This document shows, in pieces, positions 25,401 through 37,730 of a stretch of DNA of 64,000 nt. A program made the position numbers and the translations under genes. This stretch comes from Octopus vulgaris. Taxonomy: Eukaryota. The notes beneath the pieces are model-generated. The model had not been told where the DNA came from. It saw nothing but the letters and a program-made list of their open reading frames with translations, and did not search any database. Location: contig OX597835.1 of the NCBI GenBank assembly GCA_951406725.2, forward strand, positions 1,550,001 to 1,614,000, written 5' to 3'. The first letter of the stretch is position 1. Every line of letters starts with the position of its first letter.

Positions 25401-25433
25401 AAGAAAGAAGAGAAAAAAGATGGGAAAAAGTAA
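6857..25433 (+). CDS. PSMD4: 26S proteasome non-ATPase regulatory subunit 4 (Rpn10/S5a); join(6857-6882,9865-10005,11431-11542,12529-12615,13828-13896,15714-15775,16563-16716,20544-20652,21419-21637,23399-23460,25260-25433), 404 aa
   Basis: Eleven GT-AG exons sum to 1215 nt in one frame: [20 protein letters not shown]...[12 protein letters not shown]...[15 protein letters not shown]...[23 protein letters not shown]...[14 protein letters not shown]...[10 protein letters not shown]. Confidence 0.97.
7232..7490. repeat. Compound (TA)n/(CA)n microsatellite
   Basis: Direct inspection; source of the spurious YI-repeat ORFs. Confidence 0.95.
7567..7651. repeat. Perfect 24-bp inverted repeat (mini MITE-like)
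   Basis: ggcgaaggtaaagaatacgcacac (7567-7590) is the exact reverse complement of 7628-7651. Confidence 0.85.
8945..9430. mobile_element. Non-autonomous ~450-bp DNA element; related copies ~16860-17300 (inverted) and ~50830-51315
   Basis: Shared core 'gagttgctgaagcaggaatatcattatagcaaatattctg' and inverted termini 'ttttgtc.ttgg...caaggacaaaa'. Confidence 0.6.
9865..10005 (+). CDS. PSMD4: PSMD4 exon 2
   Basis: [46 protein letters not shown]; ctgcag| ... |gttagt. Confidence 0.95.
11431..11542 (+). CDS. PSMD4: PSMD4 exon 3
   Basis: [37 protein letters not shown]; |gtaagt. Confidence 0.95.
12290..12500 (+). mobile_element. tRNA-like SINE family B ('gagctggcagaa.cgttagcac...gagttcaaattc'); other copies ~12065-12260, 20690-20840, 28140-28340(-), 28410-28530, 46455-46625, 46905-47077(-), 60995-61215
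   Basis: Dispersed copies with A-box/B-box-like motifs and the shared body 'gactttgcctttcatcctt'. Confidence 0.7.
12529..12615 (+). CDS. PSMD4: PSMD4 exon 4
   Basis: [29 protein letters not shown]. Confidence 0.95.
13359..13476 (-). ncRNA. Penelope-type minimal hammerhead ribozyme motif (long stem II)
   Basis: Minus strand: ttcact-CTGATGA-agcttc...(~80 nt)...gaagca-GAAAC-ggct-GTT-agatggg. Stem I ttcact/ag(a)tggg; stem II gcttc/gaagc. Confidence 0.55.
13828..13896 (+). CDS. PSMD4: PSMD4 exon 5
   Basis: [23 protein letters not shown]; |gtgagt. Confidence 0.95.
15714..15775 (+). CDS. PSMD4: PSMD4 exon 6
   Basis: [20 protein letters not shown]; |gtgagt. Confidence 0.95.
16563..16716 (+). CDS. 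PSMD4: PSMD4 exon 7
   Basis: [16 protein letters not shown]...[15 protein letters not shown]. Confidence 0.95.
17475..18791 (-). mobile_element. 5'-truncated RTE-clade LINE, relatively young, with 3'UTR and (TGA)n tail
   Basis: Intact 225-aa ORF 18084-18761 (FRYLGD...[18 protein letters not shown]...[12 protein letters not shown]...RGRPRKTW). The 3'UTR has internal duplications and ends in (GAT)n. Confidence 0.9.
19250..19970 (+). mobile_element. Decayed RTE LINE fragment
   Basis: 'WTHKRCNGI...VCGKC...FCYLGD', with frameshifts. Confidence 0.8.
20544..20652 (+). CDS. PSMD4: PSMD4 exon 8
   Basis: [21 protein letters not shown]... Confidence 0.95.
21419..21637 (+). CDS. PSMD4: PSMD4 exon 9
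   Basis: [14 protein letters not shown]...[23 protein letters not shown]. Confidence 0.95.
23399..23460 (+). CDS. PSMD4: PSMD4 exon 10
   Basis: [20 protein letters not shown]; phase 1 to 0; |gtaagt. Confidence 0.85.
23500..24420 (-). mobile_element. Decayed Hero-like RLE LINE 3' end in PSMD4 intron 10
   Basis: Colinear with 63121-64000 (agaagctggcttt.tcgac; aagacatcatcaggaggaaccac). Confidence 0.7.
25260..25433 (+). CDS. PSMD4: PSMD4 exon 11 (terminal)
   Basis: [37 protein letters not shown]...KK*. Confidence 0.95.
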   Translation, partial: AEEDDYSEVMNDPAFVQSVLENLPGVDPESEAIRNAMTSLTKPEEDKKKEEKKDGKK

Positions 25434-25581
25434 CATTTCAAAACAAATATAATCTGTATCTTGTTCTGCCTGAAGTTTCTCATCAGCCATTTAATTTCCT
25501 TCAATTTTTTTCTGCCCCTACATTTGAATTTTCCTCTTTGTAGGCTCAGTCCCAATCTCAGTACGTAATCTGTGGCCTAGT

Positions 25582-25778
25582 AATAAAAGAACTGATTTAA
25601 CTGTTATGTCTTGTTTCTACATTACATATAAAATTATATATAATATATATACACACAATAAAATTCATATACGTAATCTTATCTCAGTTCTGTATCTAAT
25701 AAGTTTTTTTGCTTTTTTTTTTCATGGGGGTGGGAATTTGAAACTTTGGAAAATCACTTAAGTATTTCTATAAATAAA
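25582..25778 (+). terminator. Candidate PSMD4 polyadenylation signals
   Basis: AATAAA at 25582, 25657 and 25773, downstream of the stop codon. Confidence 0.45.
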
Positions 25779-28754
25779 GTTGTATATACTGAAAAGGAAC
25801 GTTGTTCGGCCTTGACAAATTCCATGTTACTAAGACTTATATCACCAGACCTGAGGACATAGAATATTTGGGTCAAACACTGTTGAAGCTTCTCTCTATC
25901 CCATGTGTCTGTACTTCACATTAGAAACTTTTAGGAAGCAGTAAGCCAACTAATTTCAGCAAAAGTTAATTTTGTCTAATGCCACCCACCCCTCTTGATG
26001 AAGAGGATTGTCCTACAAGAACCGTGTGTCGGTGCCACATGAAAGCATTTGTGCCAGGATCATGTTTAAAGCACTCAGCCCACTCTGTGAAGTGGTTGGC
26101 ACCAGGAAGAGCAAATCAGATTGGAACCTGGTGCAGCTCTGGTCAACCCAGGCCAGAATGGAAAACAGACATTTCAGTTGATAAAATTTCGCCGCCTGTC
26201 CTTTAGGAAGAGAGTCCAAAGACTGTTTTAATCCCCGCTTTGCTCACCATTTGATCACTTGATCCCCATTTCACTCCACTTGTGTTACTTTGGGAAGAGA
26301 AATGTCACAACTCACCTAAAACAGAAATTTCTAGGTTCACAAATAATTCCGTTTTGCTGTGAATTTATAATTGTTGGCATTCGTTCCCTTCTTTTCCCTT
26401 TCTGTACTGTGTATCTTTTCATCTTATTTCAGTCATTAGACTGCAGCACCACCATGAGGAATTGTAATCAAACAAATCGACCCCAGGACTTGTTTTCTTT
26501 TTAAGCTTGGTACTTATTTTATCAGACCCCGTTTGCTGAACTGCTAAGTTACAGGGATGTAAGCAAACCAACACCAGGTACCAAGTGGTGGTGGGGAACA
26601 AACACACACACACAACAGGCTTCTTTCAGTTTCCTTCTGCCAAATCCATACCAATGACAAGGTTTTTGTCACCCGATGCTATAGTAGAAGACACTTGCCC
26701 AAGGTCATGCAGTGGGACCGAACCCTGAAGCATGTGGTTGGTAAGTAGACTTCTTACCACGCAGCCACCTCATCGATACTTTGAAAAGTTCAACATCACA
26801 CTGACTTGTTTCATTCTAGTTGTCCTCCTCTGCATTAACGTACTCTACCATCATTAAAGTCTCTTGAACATTGTATGTTTCGGCTACCTCTCCCTCCTTA
26901 GGATATTACCCCTTTAGTATTTAAACTGGCCCCATCCGGTCCAAATATTCTACATGTTTTGTGGTCAACCAGATCCAGCCTCTCACACCTACCCAACGTT
27001 ATTCTAAAATCTTTAAGCTTTGAGATAATGCGGGATTAAATCGAAACAATGTGAATAAATACATATTAGATATGACTGCTAAAGGATTAAACAGGAGTCT
27101 GTTTTTTTCTTCATTTACCATTGTTTGAATGTGTTGCTCTGTAAGACTCTTCAGCTTTTTGTAAGTACACATCAGTCTTTATGCTGAGCTCAGAGTTTCT
27201 ATCAACAATCAAAAAATACACTTTTTTACTCAATTGTAAGAAAGGCAAACTCAAATACGTTGTCTTTGTTTCGGCTACTTTTAAGAATAATGCAAAATTC
27301 AGTAAAACACTCATATTACTTAGTTGATATTTGGAACATTAAATTAACATGAGGTTTTGATGAAAGATTTCGATTGCTTTAAAGAAAGTTTATCATAGAA
27401 CCAGGGACAATCTCAGACAGGTTTTGGTATCGAAAGAGTTAACTCTTCTTCAGCATTCAGATTGGTTTCTCAAATGTTCTACTTATTTATTCACATTGTT
27501 TTGAATTAATCATGCTTTGAGTTTTTGATTATAGGATTGTTTACTTTTAGTATGTTTACTTTTAGTAGGGCAGGTGTAAGAAGCTATATTTGGCAAGTTT
27601 GAACACAAATAGAATATTTGGACTAGTTTAAATGCTAATGGGTTAAAGCTATTAAAATAGGGTTCAGCAAGGATAGTTTCTCCCTTGTGTGCTGTTAACA
27701 GTTCAGCATTTATTTGTCATTTGAATGTTCTACTCTTTGTCTCCAAAATCCACTGACAAGGTTTTGGCTGGCCTGAGGTTATTGCAGAAGACACTTACCA
27801 AAGGTATCACGCAGTAGGACTGAACCAGAAACCAGGTGGTTGGGAAGCAACACTTTTAACCACAGCCATGGCTCTACCTAATTAAGTCAACTTAAAATTC
27901 AAAGTTGTGCCTCGTTCATTTGTTTGTCTAAGCAAGAACATACTTTTTTTTTAACATAGTTCACTAAAACATTAGTATGGTGTCAAAAGTTTTCACATTT
28001 TTGATATTTACTTCTGAGAATCACATGAACTATGTCAATCAGTTTTAAGATCCTGACTTATAAAAGTTTCCACAATTAGAGTCAAATTTCGTTTCTTTTA
28101 AACTCATCTCTAGACAACCAATTCTGGATCTTAATTGATAATGATTTCAAATTTTGGCACAAGGCCAGTAATTTCGGAGACGGGGCTAAGTTGATTAGAT
28201 CGACCCCGGTGTTCACCTGTTATTCATTTTATCAACACCAAAGGCAAAGATAATCAAAGCAGAATTTGAACTTAGAATCTAAAGACGGATGAAAGACAGA
28301 AACTAAGCATTTTACCTGGACTGCTGCTGACTCTGCCCTCCCAATTATATTAATAGAATTAAGGTGATATTTGTATGTATTATAACTATATTAATATTAC
28401 TAAAATAACTAGGGTGGTGAGCTGGCAGAATTATTAGCATGCCTAGCAAAATGCTTAGTGGTATTTCATCCTTTATGTTCTGAATTCAAATTCCACCAGT
28501 CAACTTTTTTGCTGGTCAAAATTTGAAACCAATATTACTAAAATAACTGGAGATAGCTGTGGTGTATTTTTATGCACCATATAATCATTTGAGAGTTTTC
28601 TCTCTTGGTAAATATTGCTGTGTTTGTGTGTTCTAATGCAACTTCCACTTTTAAATGGCTGGTCTCAGAACTGTCTTGTTAGACCCTGTAATACAAATCT
28701 GATTTAAAAAAAAGAAAGATTTCAAAGTAGAAACTTGCTTTCATAAGAAACTAT

Positions 28755-31023
28755 TTTATTTGCAATAGTAGTGATACCACTAGCCATGCTATGTAATAGA
28801 AACTGTCAATATCTGTCTTGTCTCTGCCCAGAAGATATAATTGTTATTTACAGAGTTTGCAATACTGAGAATTCCTGATACACTGAAAAAGGGGAGTGCA
28901 GCCATGGTAGGGTATATTACATGATACAATATTAAATAATTCATTGCCCTGTAATAGGGGGCCATAAAATTGGCCCTAGTTATGGTGTATAGCATTTGTC
29001 AGAAAGTCTCATAATGAGACATCAAAAATTATCTTCTCAAGTTTAAATTGTATCCACTATTTACTTAATGGTCACAGACGTTTTTCAGGAATATCACATA
29101 AAACAGTTGGGTGATGAGGGCAACTATTGTCGACTTTAAAAAAAGAGGACATTGGAACACTAACTTCGTTACTCTCAGATGTTTTGTTGAGCTCAGCACT
29201 GCAAGGTAACCAAACACTCATGAATTCTACTATGCTACCACTGCTAACACTGGTGAATTACCTACACACAAACTCAGCCAGTGATAGACAAGCACTTTTT
29301 TTTATTTTTACCTCCCAGAAACAGAATAGAATATTGGTGACAAGATATAAAACATCAACACTTTTGGACGGTAGGTCAATAAACTATCACCTTGATAGCT
29401 GCAACTCTTTAAAACATTTTTGTTTGCTTAACTCAGTGTAACTGCTATCCTTTCTCAGACATACATGATCTACAGGGTTTGATGTTTTATCTCCAGATGA
29501 TGAGGCATGAATTGAATGAAAGAGAAATCAAATTCCAATCTATTGCAAATAGCTATTCTCACTGGAGGAATTGAATTCAGTGCTGCAAATCCGACAGTTT
29601 TATATTGTGTGGTTTAGTTATACCATCATGCAGTACCTTACTGGAGCAACAGTATAATGTGGCTGTGGTCTATATCCTGCAGTACTTGTTGGAGTTCAGT
29701 GGCCAAGGTGAATGAAATGTTTTTGTCATAGACAGAATGTAATGCTGTGTCAACACAAACCCCCTGTTAGCTTGCTGCTGTCCTATTGAGTGAAGCCATC
29801 CATGCCCTTTAGAAGATGATGGCAGAGAAGTAAATAAAACCAATTAAATTGTTGATACAGCTTCACTGACACTTTGTAAGAAGAATACTGTCTTTCACAA
29901 GAGATATTTTAAGAGGGAAAAGAAGAGATAAGATCCTTCTGTAACTAAGTTTTGGAATGTAACAATAACATCCTTTGACATTTGCAAAATTAATTTTAAA
30001 AATCCATCTTTAAAAGAAATTATCCATCCTTATAACAGCAAAATTAAAAAATGGTCACAATAGCATTCTAGTTTGGTCAAAATGGCAAACGGTTTAAATC
30101 TGAAAGAAGTAAAAGTTTAACAGTTGATAATTAACTAATCTATCTTTATATTAAAAAAAAAAAAAAAGATGCATTCATATTCTTTATACATAATTTCAGT
30201 TTTTACCTAAAGAAAGTCTAATATTTAACAAAATAACATTTCAAAAACGAGGCTGCTGAGAACAAATGTCTTGTGTGTCTAAATTACATTTTTGAGATAA
30301 GCTATTGGATGTTGTTTCTAAACTAAAACAAGGTTTTAATATTCTTAACCACAAAATTACTGTTAAATTCTTTGTATTAGAAGTTAGAGTTCTATTTTGC
30401 AACAACCGAAAGAACCTCTTTGATTCTGACAGGGAGTGGGGGGAGGGGGGAGATACCTAATAACTGCAAATGTTATAAAGCTGAAGAACAACAGAAAGTT
30501 CTACGATTGGAAACCGAAATGTTGAAACTGTAGCAAAGCAAAAATCGTTTTATGAGAAGAAGAAGAAGAGGGACAATAATGTCTAGCTGGTCTCCATGTT
30601 TGATGGATATTTTAAAGAAACAATTGAAGCTTTCAAAGGCATGCCTTACCGTAGATATGCGGTGAAAGCCCACGACTGTTGCTTGTTTACTGGAGGAATA
30701 CAGGCTATTGAAGCTTAACTCTTGATGTTTGAAAGAAAAAGAAAATAGGCAGGAGTGATAGATCTCAACTATATATTTAGACGAGGACAATTTTGTTTTC
30801 TTACTCTTACTTGATAAGAACTCTATTATTATTATTGTTGTTGTTGTTCAAAAGCTGCTGTTCTTTAGCCACTCCTAAGACTAAAGAGAAACCCTGAAAG
30901 TAATGAGGATGATTATTATTATTATTATAATAACAGAAAATAAGAATATACGACCAAAGTCCTTTTGTTTCGCCAAAGTCAAATAGAATAATAGTAAAAT
31001 GGTAACTGCATTTGTTGTTACAT
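28755..31023 (-). other. Putative long RNF103 3'UTR with poly(A) signal
   Basis: Repeat-free ~2.3 kb downstream of the stop codon; AATAAA on - at 28760-28755. Confidence 0.5.
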
Positions 31024-32716
31024 TTAGTTAGGAACTGCAGAGAAAATTTCACACAAGTCCAAGCCCGGTTTCGGATTATAAGAGAGCCACCGACACATGG
31101 GGCATGCATAACTCATTCTATACAACCAACGTAATATACAGCATTCATGAAAGAAATGAGCACAGGGAAGGCCACAAATGTCAGCACCAATCACAAAATC
31201 TTCCAAACATATCACACATTGGCTTGTCTGTAGAAAACCATCAGGCACCAACTTGTAATTTTCAGAGCAGACAAGATGGTTTGCTTCTCTGGCGTTGGCC
31301 TTTGAGGATGCAGAACGGAGAGAATTGTGCTTGCATTCGTCTGCACTCGAGGCCGAAGAGTGTTTTCTTTTGTGTAAAGGACAGCAGACATCATTCGATT
31401 TACGAGACTGCTGCTCTTCTGACAGATCTGGTGGAGGTGAAGTTGAGACACAAGATTCAGACGAGGCTGCATTCCTTTGCATACAACCACAGCAGTAATT
31501 TCCGTCCATCATTTGAATTGCAGGGTTATCCCCGGATTCAAAATCTGGTGAACCTGAGCAAAATCCATGATTCGGTGTAGCAATTAAATTTTCAACATCA
31601 TCTTTATGAGAACATTTTAGCTTTGAATTTTCATTGTGGTTAAGTACTCTGCCATATTTCCATCGAGGTAGGTGTTTAATGTAATCACTGGAGACCACAG
31701 ATTGCATCTCGGTGACTACTAAATCAGGAAAGTGTCCAAACAACATGTCGCTGCTTTCCAGCAGATACATCGCGTACAAGCCCCCTGGATGTACTATTTG
31801 GAAAGACGGATTTAACAAGGGGTTAAAGTTTAACAGCTGAGCAAAGTTGAACCAATCGAATTCATCTTCGGCAATCATACCATTCTTCCGTTTGTACTGG
31901 ATGTATCCAACCAGTAAAGAATACAAGGAAAATGTCCCTAATAGTAGATATCGGCTGTTACTGTAAAAAATGAGATCTTTCCGAATGATGCTTCCAATAG
32001 ACGAGCCGCTGAGGAAATGCAGGGCCAGCAAACCCCATTCCAAAAGTATTTCAAAATAAGACAACTGAAAGAGAGCCAGCAAAGGCTGCCACAAAATAAT
32101 AAGTACAATATTGTATTTAATACAACAGCAGATAAGGCGGAGCAGTCGGCGAAACAGACTTCCTTGACTGAGAAACAATTCAAACCAACCCATTAAATTG
32201 GTAACAATCAAACTTAAAATAAAGAAATCATTCACTTCAGGATATAAGGACTTGAGAAAATTTTCCATTGATCGAAACGTCAACAATTCACCTGGCCGCG
32301 AGCCATAAACAAGGGTTTTGCCGGGGGCTATCACAAAGCAAGCAGGAGGCTTTAGTTTCAGACGAGCTAGAGTTTCTTTTCCTGATCCAGATTTAGAATT
32401 CATAGTCCCAAAACGTACACGACCTGGAAATTTAACACTGAGAGCCGAGAATATCAGCGGTATGGATGCCAACTCCGTGAAGAGGACAACCCGGATTTCA
32501 TATTTTTTTTGGAAAGACAGCCATTCTCGCTTTAACTCATCGTAGTCGGCAATTTGCTTCACTTTTCGATTCAGTTTATTCTTTACCCATTTAAACATGG
32601 AACTGGGTTTGGCAGGTCCATTGTAAACATACATAACAACATTGGCTTTAGTTTTGAAGTTCTCAGGGAGGGATAAGATGACTTGGGACGAATACCAACC
32701 CTTATTTCTGCATAAC
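31024..32716 (-). CDS. RNF103: RNF103 coding exon 3 (terminal, RING)
   Basis: Acceptor ctcatttcag|G; LCRNKGWYSSQVILSLPE... continues into the 536-aa ORF. Confidence 0.95.
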
Positions 32717-35700
32717 CTGAAATGAGAAAGAAAACAAAAAAGATTAATTTATTTTAAGAACCCAAAGACACATGCAGTGTAAATAGAACAGACGTGTGTG
32801 TTTGTGTGGGGTGCATATATACACATATATGTATTCGTGTGCATGTGTGTATACACATATATATGTATTTGGATGTGTATAAAATGTGTACATTTATTTT
32901 TAACTGATATCAGAGGCTTGGCTCAATGTTTCCACACACAAAGACTACAGAGAGAAACATTTTTTTTTTCTGAAATTCTATCCCACAGCTCAGGCCTTTT
33001 ACGTTCTTGTGAGCTGGAGGGTGGTAAAAATAAATGTGCACATCTTTATTTTGATCCTATCTGCTTATACTAAATACACACACACAAGTATGCATACATT
33101 AGGGGTACCAAAATGTAATATTACATTCAAGTAAGGAGTTTAAATCAGCATAAAATATTTCATAAATATATTTATTTATTCAAAATATAATTGCTGTTCT
33201 TAATAACATTTTCCCACTGAGAAACTAGTTCTCTGATTCCTTAGGTTCAAAATCCAGGCTCTTTCGATGTTTTAAATGCTGTTTCAGCATTGTCCATTTC
33301 TGAATATTTTTCAACTGGTAAAGTTTACGAGTGGCTCAAATAAGTGAAAATCTGATGAGGAGAGAACGTGGGGTACAGCTGCCCAACCTGAATGAATTTA
33401 TCTTCTCTTGGGTTAGCTTTGCAAAATGTGGTCTTGCATTATCATAAGGTACCCACTTCTCTATACCCACTTGCCCAATCTGTTTGAGATGATCCTGCAC
33501 AGTAGGCCACCCTTATAATTTGCCATGGATCCTTTTCAATTGCTGTTTTCACTGCATTGTTATTGAGAACAGCTGGTATTCTTGAGTGATAACAAAAGAT
33601 GGAAATCACAGTTTTTGTCAATTTTGGCATTTCTAAACACTCACACCAACAGGATATACAGTATATAATGTGTCTTCCCGTGCAAGTGTTGAGTTGTTGC
33701 CCTTATGAAATTGATAACGTCCTTGTTTTCCAGACAGAACATATTCACATTTGTTTTGTTAACTCTATGCTGATTGGTTGATAGTAAGGACACCTTTTAT
33801 TGGTTTCTAAGCTATTGGTGGGATGACATCACACTATTTGCTTGAAACTATATTCCTTTTCAGTTCCCTTAATACACATGTGGGAACAGCTCTTACTTCA
33901 GCTCTTATACAATTGAAACCATTACAAACATGGAGCACTTCTCATTAATTCCCACAGCTCTTAGTCTTCAACAGACTCTCTTTCTCTTTTACTTGTTTCA
34001 GTCATTTGACTTCGGCCATGCTGGAGCACCGCCTTTAGTCGAGCAAATCGACCCCAGGACTTATTCTTTGTAAGCCTATTCTATCTGTGTCTTTTTGCCC
34101 AACCGCTAAGTTACGGGGACGTAAACACACCAACATCGGTTGTCAAGTGATGTTGGGCGGACACACACACACATATATATACATATATACGACACGCTTC
34201 TTTCAGTTTCTGTCTACCAAATCCACTCACAAGGCTTTGGTCAGCTCGAGGCTATAGTAGAAGACACTTGACCAAAGTACCACGCAGTGGGACTGAACCT
34301 GGAACCATGTGGTTGGTAAGCAAGTTACTTACCACACAGCCACTCCTGTTCATTAAATCGTAAAATCTAATTTATTTCAAGTGTATTTGAGAGATCTTAT
34401 TTGAAATGAATACTGCTAACTGGTTATGGCTCTATTTTGATACAATTGTAATAGAATTATTAATTTTATATAAATTTGACCCTTACTTCCAGTCAAGAGA
34501 ACAGTCCATCACACCAGCTCTGACCCCAAATTTGGCAACTTTCTTCCGCACAGTTTTCCAACTTGCATTATTGATAAAGGAGCTATTGTGACCACTAGCA
34601 ATTACTTGTACTAGCCAAACACTGTCTTTTGTATCTTCAACTTGTTCGTAGAAGTCATAACCAGATGTAAAATTGGTCACTTCAGCGGGATCCTCTATTT
34701 CACCAACCTCCAGGACTTCATCATCTGTGACAACACCTGAAGAGGAAAAGTAAAAGAAAATTATTAGGAGAGTGTTGTTGAGGCACAACGACCCTTATAT
34801 TTTCAGGAAAGGGAAAATGGGAACTGTGACATTTGTGACTTTCTAAAAAAGTAAAGTGAACTGGCTTGAATTGAAGACTGAAACTGCTGGGGGTGGGGTC
34901 TTGCTTTGCCAGCAGCTGACAGTGTGTTCTGGTACTTTCCAGTATGCAATAAATGTTTGGTAAAGGCTCAGTAAATGAGTTGAGGAAGTGACTGGTTGTC
35001 AAAGACTTGGACATACACTATATAAGAGATAATATCAGATTGGTAAAGGCCTTGACATGCAAAATGAATCGTAGACAGTAGATCTTAAACTTCCAGCTTC
35101 CTGTGGAGCACTGGCCATCCAAGTAGGATTTCTAAATCGTCCGGTAACATGCAGTCTGTTCTCTATTTTGCTTCTCTTGAAACCTACTGAGATAATCCTT
35201 TGGTCCGCCCGATTCCCTAGAACATAACCCCCACCCCACCTCACCACCATGTATAATTAGACAACATTAGCGTAACTCCTGTGTGAGGTCGATAATCCTC
35301 TGTCCAAAGAGTACTCCAACTTCCCTAAAAGCATTAAGATCAGATATCATCAGTCTCTGAGACAAGGAGGCATCCTTATTTGAGAGGGGTGGGCTTGAGG
35401 GGTCAGATTTCATGTTTAGTAGTTTTTTATGATCTCATTTGTACATATGCAAGAAGGCCCACACCTGTACGGACGGGGTGGGGAAGAATAGACATTATGT
35501 ATAAAATTGGAAAAATTCATACCAATGGGAAGAACTCAAAGTAGAGTTAACGAAGGAAGATTCAGAAGGGATGCTGAGTTTCATTGATGAGGACACAGGA
35601 TCAAATCTCTTGGGGAACATTTTACAAACTTTTCCAACTTGTTTCAACATAGAAAACCAAACATGATAACGTTTGTTTGAATGCCTTTCTTTCCATGCAG

Positions 35701-37693
35701 CTGCGTACAGGTGAAATGTTTTGCAAAATAAAATTATTTTTTACCTGACTTAGTGGAAGGGTGAAGCACGAAACTTTATAAGGGGCCTCAAAAGCTCTCC
35801 AACCCCCACACACCGGAGACTGGCAGATGGGGGTGGAGGAGGAGGAGGAGGAATTTAGGTATTTCTGCTGTAGAAATACCTAAAGGATAAACCTCTGTAC
35901 TTGGCTTTTGTTTTTGACAGAGTCCCCTGATCCCTTATCTGGTATTTAATACAGAAACTAGGGATAGACAAGTGGTTGGTGAGAGCTGTACAAACCTTGT
36001 ACAGGGACACTACCAGTAAGGTGAGTAGAGCAAAGAATTCAGAGTACAAGTAGGGGTTCACCAAGGATTAGTGCTCAGCCTCTCTTGTTCATCATAGTCT
36101 TCCAGGCAATAACAGAATTCAAGACAGGCTCCCCCTGAGAGTTCCTCTACGCTGATGACCCTACTCTTCTAGCTGAATCACTATCAGAACTAGACAAGTT
36201 CCAGGTATGGAAGCAAGGTCTAGAATCAAAGGACCTTAGTGTTAACCTAGCAAAAACCTAAGTCATAGTAAGCAGGAAGGCAGACAAATCACAAATCCCC
36301 TCGGGTAGATGGCCCTGCTCAATCTGTAGAAAAGCTGTAGGTAGAAACTCCATAAGATGTACCTGGTGTAAGTTATGGACACATAAGAGGTACAGCAATA
36401 TCAGAGGAAGCTTAACAGGGAAAATAGCTTTTGTATGTGGAAGATGCACAGGTACAATAGATGATGAAAATGGACTGCATAAACTGCCAGGGGTAGTAGA
36501 TAGCTTCTGTTACCCAGGTGATCAAATTAGTAGTGGAGGGATATGCTCAGAGAGCGTAGCTGTGAAAATAAGATTAGGCTGGGCAAAGTTCAGAAAGCTC
36601 CTACCCCTGCCGGCAACAAAGGGCCTCTCTCTCAGAGTGAAAGCAGATGGTATGATGCCTGCATGGCAGTGAAACAGGGGCTGCGACAGCCGAGGACATG
36701 CATAGGCTTGAAAGAAATGAAACCAGAATACTTCGCTGGATGTGCAATGGCAGAGTGTAAGTGTCTTGAGAGAAAGATGGGCATAAGAGGTAACATGTGG
36801 TGTGCAAGAGAGACTGCGCTGGTATGGTCACGTGATGCCTATGGACAAGGACAGCTGTGTAAAGGTGGTGAAGCATGATCTTCGAACTTTGAGCCTCACA
36901 GAAACAATGAGTGGTGACCAAGACCTTTGGCAATGTGCTGTGTTTGAGAGGACCTGTCAAGCCAAGTGCACCCATGCTTGGGGCACATAAAGAACATCTT
37001 TTGAACACGGGGCCTCACAGATGCAAAGTGGCTGAGTTCCTTTCAAGCAATGGGCCTGACGGAGGCAAAGTGGCTGAGTTTCTTTTGAGTGTTGGGCTTC
37101 ACAGAGGCAAAATGCCTGAGTTCCTTTCAAGCATTCAGCCTCACATAGGCAAAGTGGCTGAGTTCCTTTCAAGTGTTGGGCCTCATGGAGGCAATGACCA
37201 AGACCTTTGGCATTATGTCGTGCTTGAGAAGAAGACCCATCAAGCTGAGTAAAATCGCAGTCGTGGCAGATATGGGTGTCATGCAAACTGGCACCCATGC
37301 AGGTGGCACATAAACACACCCCAGTGTCACGCAAATGGCATCTGTGCCAGTGTGTGTAAAAGCACCCATTGCATCCATCCGTAGAAAACCATGCCAAATC
37401 AGACTGGAGTCTGGTGCAGCCTTCCAGTATGCCAACCCAGTCAAACCATCCAACCCATGACAGCATGGACAACAAATGTGAAATGATGACGATGATGATA
37501 GACTATTCGATTAAAACTAAACAAATTTTTGCCAACTCTTACTCAGTTTCATGTGACCATTCATCAGACAGTTGTGATAAAACAATTCTTTTTTTATCAC
37601 AACTTTTTCTTTTTAGCTTCAATAAAATAGTATTTTGCTCTACTTTTAGCTGAATGCTATTTTTACCACTTTGTTTTGTACCTATGTGCTTAC

Positions 37694-37730
<37 letters not shown>

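Noticed and set aside
31104-31580. Antisense ORFs overlapping RNF103 (also 42929-43362)
   Set aside because: They are shadow frames of the coding or CpG-rich sequence, with no recognisable motifs.
33985-34348. tRNA genes at the SINE heads
   Set aside because: They have A/B-box-like motifs but no complete cloverleaf, and they are fused to SINE bodies in many diverged copies.
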